This document shows, piece after piece, positions 58,891 through 64,000 of a stretch of DNA of 64,000 nucleotides. Made by a program: the position numbers and the translations under genes. The first letter of the stretch is position 1; each line of letters begins with the position of its first letter. A model generated the notes under the pieces. The model worked only from the letters and a program-made list of their open reading frames with translations, was not told the origin of the DNA and did no database searches. The DNA is from an uncultured cyanobacterium (GTDB lineage Bacteria > Cyanobacteriota > Cyanobacteriia > CAKZMO01): the NCBI GenBank assembly GCA_963719515.1, contig CAVRCJ010000003.1, forward strand, positions 160,001 through 224,000, written 5' to 3'.

Positions 58891-60819
58891 TTAAGATGCA
58901 GCACCTGACATTAGGGTCGATTTTACCCCACGGCGACTGCGAACTTCGAGGTAGACCAACAGAGCATTGATGTCGGCAGGGTTGACCCCGCCGATGCGGG
59001 TCGCCTGCCCCACGGTGAGGGGCTTGACCTGCATGAGCTTCTCCCGCGACTCCTTAGACAGGGTCTCAATGCCGTTGTAGTCGAGATCTTGGGGGAGGGG
59101 GCGGTTTGCCTGGCGGCTGACCTGGTCAATGTGGTTTTGCTGCCGCTGGATGTACCCGGAGTATTTAATATCGATTTCGGCCCCTTCCCGTTCGGCGGTA
59201 GCCAAACTTGGGTCACCCAACCCATGCTGAATCAGGTGGGCGTAGTGAAACCCAGGGCGGCGCAGCAGTTCGGCTAGGGTTGCTGACCCTTTGATGCGCT
59301 GCTTCATTTGAGCGGCGATCGCCTCCCCCACTGCCTCGTGCTCTTTCACCCGCGTGGTCTCTAGCCGGGCTTTCTCAGCAACGATGTTGGCCTGCTTGCG
59401 CTCGAATAGATCCCAGCGGCGATCGTCGATTAGCCCCAGCTTCCGCCCTAGAGGGGTGAGCCGCTGATCGGCGTTGTCGGACCGCAAAAGCAGCCGGTAT
59501 TCTGAGCGGGAGGTGAGCATGCGGTAGGGCTCCCGCAGGTCTTTGGTGCAGAGGTCGTCCAGCAGGGTGCCGAGGTAGCTCTGCTCGCGCGGAAAAACCT
59601 GCATCGCCTGACCCTGCACAAAGCGGGCGGCGTTGATGCCCGCCACGATGCCCTGGGCGGCGGCCTCTTCATACCCCGTGGTGCCGTTCACCTGCCCCGC
59701 CGCAAATAGCCCCTCCACTCGCTTAGTCATCATCGTGGGGTAGCACTGGGTTGCGGGCAGGTAATCGTATTCCACCGCGTAGGCCGGACGCATCATCCGG
59801 CAGTTCTCCAGGCCGGGGAGCGATCGCAGCATTTGCAGCTGCAGAGATTCGGGCAGGCCCGTAGAAAAGCCCTGAATGTAGAGTTCTGGGATGTCGCGCC
59901 CTTCAGGCTCGATAAAGATTTGGTGAGACTCCTTATCGGCAAAGCGGACGATTTTGTCCTCAATGCTGGGGCAGTAGCGCGGCCCCTTAGAGTCGACCCA
60001 GCCGCCGTAGATGGGCGATAGGTGCAGATTGTCGCGAATCAGCTTGTGGGTTTCAGGGGTAGTGCGGGTTAAGTAGCAGTTCATCTGCTCTTGCTCGACC
60101 CAGGCTTCGGGGTCAAAGCTAAACCAGCGTACCGTTTCGTCAGGAGGTTGGGGCTCCAGGTGGGTGTAGTCTACGGTGCGGCGGTCCACGCGGGCAGGCG
60201 TGCCGGTCTTTAGCCGCCCGGTTTCAAAGCCCAAGCGGTTGAGGGTCTCCGTCAGCCCCACCGCCGCGAACTCTCCGGCGCGGCCAGCGGGCATCGACTT
60301 ATTGCCCACCCAAATGGTGCCGCCTAAAAAGGTGCCGGTGGTAAGGATGACGCTGCGGCAGCGGAACGCCGCCCCAAAGTAGGTCTCAACGCCCAGCACT
60401 TCCTCGTTTGAACCCAGCACTAGGTCCGTCACCATCCCCTCACGCACCACCAGGTTCTCTTGCCCTTCCACCACCTCGCGCATCACCCGAGCGTACTGTC
60501 GCTTGTCGGTTTGCGCCCTCAAGGCCCAGACGGCAGGGCCGCGGGAGAGGTTGAGCACCCGCTTTTGCAGGTAGGTGCGGTCGGCCATCTTGCCGATTTC
60601 CCCCCCCAGGGCGTCAACCTCATGAGTAAGCTGAGACTTGGCAGGTCCGCCCACCGCAGGATTGCAGGGTTGCCAGCCGATGCGATCGAGATTGAGGGTC
60701 AGCATCAGCGTATGACATCCCAGACGAGCAGACGCCAGCGCCGCTTCGCACCCCGAGTGACCCGCGCCGATGACAACGACGTCAAATTCTTCTTGAAAGT
60801 CTAGCTTGGGTGCAGTCAT
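58891..60819 (-). CDS. mnmG: tRNA U34 carboxymethylaminomethyl modification enzyme MnmG/GidA
   Basis: [51 protein letters not shown]. Confidence 0.97.
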   Translation of the reverse strand: MTAPKLDFQEEFDVVVIGAGHSGCEAALASARLGCHTLMLTLNLDRIGWQPCNPAVGGPAKSQLTHEVDALGGEIGKMADRTYLQKRVLNLSRGPAVWALRAQTDKRQYARVMREVVEGQENLVVREGMVTDLVLGSNEEVLGVETYFGAAFRCRSVILTTGTFLGGTIWVGNKSMPAGRAGEFAAVGLTETLNRLGFETGRLKTGTPARVDRRTVDYTHLEPQPPDETVRWFSFDPEAWVEQEQMNCYLTRTTPETHKLIRDNLHLSPIYGGWVDSKGPRYCPSIEDKIVRFADKESHQIFIEPEGRDIPELYIQGFSTGLPESLQLQMLRSLPGLENCRMMRPAYAVEYDYLPATQCYPTMMTKRVEGLFAAGQVNGTTGYEEAAAQGIVAGINAARFVQGQAMQVFPREQSYLGTLLDDLCTKDLREPYRMLTSRSEYRLLLRSDNADQRLTPLGRKLGLIDDRRWDLFERKQANIVAEKARLETTRVKEHEAVGEAIAAQMKQRIKGSATLAELLRRPGFHYAHLIQHGLGDPSLATAEREGAEIDIKYSGYIQRQQNHIDQVSRQANRPLPQDLDYNGIETLSKESREKLMQVKPLTVGQATRIGGVNPADINALLVYLEVRSRRGVKSTLMSGAAS

Positions 60820-60934
60820 GCCTGGCTCTCGTATCACAATAGCAGTCCAGCAAAGCGGCGCTGGGCATCGCTAAAGCGACTGGGCGCGGCCCGCTGAGAC
60901 ATCCCTCCATCGTAGATCAAACCGCTTGAGGCCG

Positions 60935-61714
60935 TTAGGCCTGCTGAGAGCCCGACATAATTTGCTGGAGTGAGCTGAGTCCCTTCTTGAGGCGGCGAGA
61001 CACGGTCACGACGCTGACGCCGAGGCGCTCCGCCGTCTCCCTTTGGGTGAGGTCATGCAAAAAGACAAATTCTAAAATCTGGCGCGTTCGGTTCTCAAGC
61101 TGCACCATGCCCTGCTGCAGGCGAATGCGGTCTTCTTGAGCCAGCTGAAAGCTGCGGTAGCGGGCGTCGGGAATCAAGTCCCCCAGACTAGTCGCCCCCT
61201 CCTCTTCGTCGTAGGCGGGTGCATCGAGGCTGAGGGGCGACCGGTTCCGGTAGGAGAGCTTCACCTCTTGCCACTCTTCAATAGAGACCTCGAGGGCTGC
61301 TGCTAGCTCTAGGTCGGTGGGCTGCCGGTTAAGCTGACTCCGCAGCTCGCGGGCTTTAACCGTAGCTTTGTGCTGCAGCGCCTGCCAGCGGCGGGGAATC
61401 CGGATCGTGCAGCCTTTGTCTCTGAGGTAATGCTGAATCTCGCCGCGAATGTAGGGCAGCGCGAACGAGCTAAAGGCGTTGCCCTTGGAGATGTCAAACC
61501 GCTCAATAGCGTTAATCAGCCCTAGACTACCCACCTGCACCAAGTCATCGTAAGACTCGCTGCATTGATTGATCCAGTGATAGGCTTCACGGCGCACTAG
61601 GCCATAGTTGAGCTGAACCAGCTGGTTTCTCAACGCGCAAGAGGGCGATCGCCGGTACTCTGAGAGCAGCACCAGACTCTGGCTACGGACTGTCGTTTTT
61701 TCTGTAGTTACCAT
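60935..61714 (-). CDS. sigF: Group 3 sigma factor SigF
   Basis: RNQLVQLNYGLV, FSSFALPYIRGEIQHYLRDK, YRSFQLAQEDRIRLQQ. Confidence 0.88.
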   Translation of the reverse strand: MVTTEKTTVRSQSLVLLSEYRRSPSCALRNQLVQLNYGLVRREAYHWINQCSESYDDLVQVGSLGLINAIERFDISKGNAFSSFALPYIRGEIQHYLRDKGCTIRIPRRWQALQHKATVKARELRSQLNRQPTDLELAAALEVSIEEWQEVKLSYRNRSPLSLDAPAYDEEEGATSLGDLIPDARYRSFQLAQEDRIRLQQGMVQLENRTRQILEFVFLHDLTQRETAERLGVSVVTVSRRLKKGLSSLQQIMSGSQQA

Positions 61715-62113
61715 AGGGTAGAGCGGAGTAGCTGCACAGAGGGAATGCGATGATGACGCTTGGCCATCTCTAGGCCTGTCTGACTGAATTCTGTTGGGGG
61801 TTCTCCTGGTCGATGCTGCCGCTGATTTGGCGACCAGCAGGACGCAGTTGTTCTATATTCTAGACGCTAGTTCCGTAAAATTACCGATTTCAACATTGAA
61901 CCGCAAACGCAATCAGATATCTCTGGGATGTCAGGAAACTTCACGGAAAGTTTATTCCAGCCTGTCGGGTTTACTCAATATGGACCCCCTGGATCTAGAA
62001 TCACGAGTCTATAGAACCCAAGTGACAGCCTATTGTTCCCAAACTTTAAAGAGATTTTCAACTTCTAAGAAGAAGTTTGGAATTATCTGCACAATTGGTG
62101 CCGCCCTCGCAAT

Positions 62114-63076
62114 ATGAGCTATAATCTCCCACCGGTTTGGCAGCAAGAGCTGCAGGACATTCTACGGGGCGCTTCGGGGGGATTCTTGTTTGGCATTCCG
62201 CTGCTCTACACCGTCGAGGTGTGGTCTATTGGGTCCGCTGCCGCCGCCCCGCAGCTGCTGTCGGTGCTGGGTGCGACGTTCATGGTGGTGCTGCTGCTCA
62301 CCCAAGCGGTGGGGTTCCGGCGCACCCTGACGCTGAATCCGGTGGATGCTCTGCTGGAGAGCGTCGAAGCGCTGGGAATTGGCGTCATCTGTGCGGCGAT
62401 CGCCCTGGTGCTGCTGCGGCGCGTCACCCTAGACACTCCCCTGAGTGAAACCCTAGGCAAGCTTGTGTTTGAAGGCGTACCCTTTTCCCTAGGGGTGGCG
62501 CTGGCCCGCTCTACGCTCACCCAGCGGGGGGAGGCTCGTACAACGTCCGGCCGCCTCGCACTGGGGCCATCAGACGAGACGCTGCCTTCTATGGCCCAGT
62601 CTTCTATACCTCAGCCTTCTATGGCCCAGCCCTCCGCGCCTCAGGCTGTGCTACTGGCCTCTGCCGCCTCTTCCCTCAGCCTCAGTGAAACGCTGATCGA
62701 CCTAGACGCCACCCTGCTGGGGGCGATCTTGATTGCCTTTAGCATTGCTCCTACAGAGGAGATTCCCATCCTGGCGGCGGCAATTCCTCCCCTATGGCTA
62801 CTGCTGATTATGGCGGCGTCCTTGGTGCTCTCCTATATGATTGTGTTTGCCTCCGGCTTTGCCGACCGCTGGGAGCGGCAGCAGCGGGGTCTTCTCCTAG
62901 GTCCGGGAACAGAAACCCTGGTGGCCTACCTGGTGGCGCTGGCGGCGTCGGTGGTAATGCTCATTTTCTTTCAGCAGCTCAACCTACAGACGCCCTGGCA
63001 GGAGTGGCTGAGCAATGCAGTAGTGCTGGGACTCCCGGCGTCGGTGGGCGGAGCCGCTGGGCGAATCTTGCGCTGA
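62114..63076 (+). CDS. TIGR02587 family membrane protein
   Basis: RGASGGFLFGIPLLYT.EVW, IAPTEE, LGLPASVGGAAGR. Confidence 0.85.
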   Translation: MSYNLPPVWQQELQDILRGASGGFLFGIPLLYTVEVWSIGSAAAAPQLLSVLGATFMVVLLLTQAVGFRRTLTLNPVDALLESVEALGIGVICAAIALVLLRRVTLDTPLSETLGKLVFEGVPFSLGVALARSTLTQRGEARTTSGRLALGPSDETLPSMAQSSIPQPSMAQPSAPQAVLLASAASSLSLSETLIDLDATLLGAILIAFSIAPTEEIPILAAAIPPLWLLLIMAASLVLSYMIVFASGFADRWERQQRGLLLGPGTETLVAYLVALAASVVMLIFFQQLNLQTPWQEWLSNAVVLGLPASVGGAAGRILR

Positions 63077-63106
63077 GTTTGTTTTGACAGCAAAATCTCG
63101 CAGCTG

Positions 63107-63280
63107 TCAAAAACGCCTGAAGTCTTTCAAAAATTGGAGGGTCGCTTTTGATGACCAGTCAACAACGGAGCCGCGCAAAGCCACTTTGTGGCCGCGAGAG
63201 GTGCCAAATAGACCTGAATCAGCGGTCTCAATAGTGGTGTAGATCTCGAAGGGAATGCTGCGATAGGTGAGTTTCGTCAT
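63107..63280 (-). CDS. DUF4278-like small protein
   Basis: MTKLTYRSIPFE...GTSRG resembles the (L)xYRG double motif; start re-called at ATG 63280. Confidence 0.5.
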   Translation of the reverse strand: MTKLTYRSIPFEIYTTIETADSGLFGTSRGHKVALRGSVVDWSSKATLQFLKDFRRF

Positions 63281-63418
63281 GACCTGGGGGAACTTGCTTA
63301 GAAGGCAGGGAAGCGGCGCTCGCGCTCTCAATGACCTTATTGTTACAAGCCCCCCCGGCAGAAAAAACCCCGAAGAGTTGAGGTTTATTCAGGAGTCGCT
63401 TAAGGTTTGTTCAGGAGT

Positions 63419-64000
63419 TTACCGGGCGCTCTCACCCGGCGGCGGAGTAGGTATCCCCAGAATCTCCGCCAGTTCAGCCTCGCTCACCCCAAACTGCTCT
63501 GCCGCCCCCGCAATGTCAAGACGAGGTCGCGAGCCTCCTCGACGGCCCCCGCGACGGTCTCCCGCCTCCGGGGATCCAAACGCCGCTCTTAGCTCAGCTT
63601 CTGTTACATTCAGCTGCTCTGCTGCTGCCGCCAAGTCTGGGCGAGTGCGAGGCCGCTGGGGCCGCCCCTCCGGGTCAAGGGTAATGCCGAGAGCCTCCCG
63701 CAGCGCTTCTGACGTCACTCCTAACTGGGTCGCGGCCCCTTCAAATCGAGCCTGTCTTTCTCGGCGCTCTTCCTGATGGTTCTCGGGAATGCCCAGCGCT
63801 GCCTTCAGCTCAGCCTCCGTTGTATTGAGCTCGGCGGCAGCAGTTGTGAAATCGATGCGCTGGTGCCTTCCCCGGCTATGGCCTCCGCGGTGGCCTTCTT
63901 GGGGCTGTTCAGCGCTGGGAGAACTTTGGGCGACCAGGGTGTCGCCAGAGTTGGCACTGCTGAGGTTAGCAATACCCATTGATCCAAGCAAAACGGCAGA
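63419..64000 (-). CDS. Putative secreted repeat protein; start lies beyond the right edge
   Basis: Frame open to base 64000; four repeats of AA.QLGV(T/S)EA.L..ALG separated by Arg/Gly-rich linkers. Confidence 0.7.
   Translation of the reverse strand, partial: SAVLLGSMGIANLSSANSGDTLVAQSSPSAEQPQEGHRGGHSRGRHQRIDFTTAAAELNTTEAELKAALGIPENHQEERRERQARFEGAATQLGVTSEALREALGITLDPEGRPQRPRTRPDLAAAAEQLNVTEAELRAAFGSPEAGDRRGGRRGGSRPRLDIAGAAEQFGVSEAELAEILGIPTPPPGESAR

Noticed and set aside
61794..62117. 107-aa ORF in the sigF/TIGR02587 intergenic region
   Set aside because: TTG start, AT-rich promoter-like DNA, no recognisable motif
63281..63360. Glutamine (glnA-motif) riboswitch expected upstream of a DUF4278-like gene
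   Set aside because: No CGTT...GGAAGTA...GAAGGAACG pattern on the coding strand

Overview
Cyanobacterial chromosomal DNA, identified by frequent HIP1 octamers (GCGATCGC) and by ntcA, crtR, petF, cpcT and sigF. It is mostly housekeeping: fabI-hisB-ABC(Gld-type), ntcA-DUF3084-ruvX-crtR, a wza-like gene, mlaF/mlaD-like genes, petF, tRNA-Tyr/tRNA-Thr, a GH13 enzyme, a Ski2-like helicase, a GGDEF/EAL protein, mnmG and sigF. I found no CRISPR array, prophage or intact transposase. Most notable: (1) a 392-bp non-coding IS200/IS605-type element (25815-26206) splits an ABC exporter gene. Its exact removal restores the reading frame, and it carries what looks like its own promoter plus a TnpB omega-RNA-like scaffold abutting a host-derived guide. 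(2) An ORF-free, extensively base-pairable ~380-nt candidate ncRNA and a chain of palindromes lie between crtR and a baeRF3-like release-factor gene. (3) A stand-alone Zn-lid adenylate kinase looks alphaproteobacterial. (4) Several genes are frameshifted or decayed, and one 46-aa membrane ORF is missing from the ORF track. All family calls come from motif recognition by eye; no searches were run.
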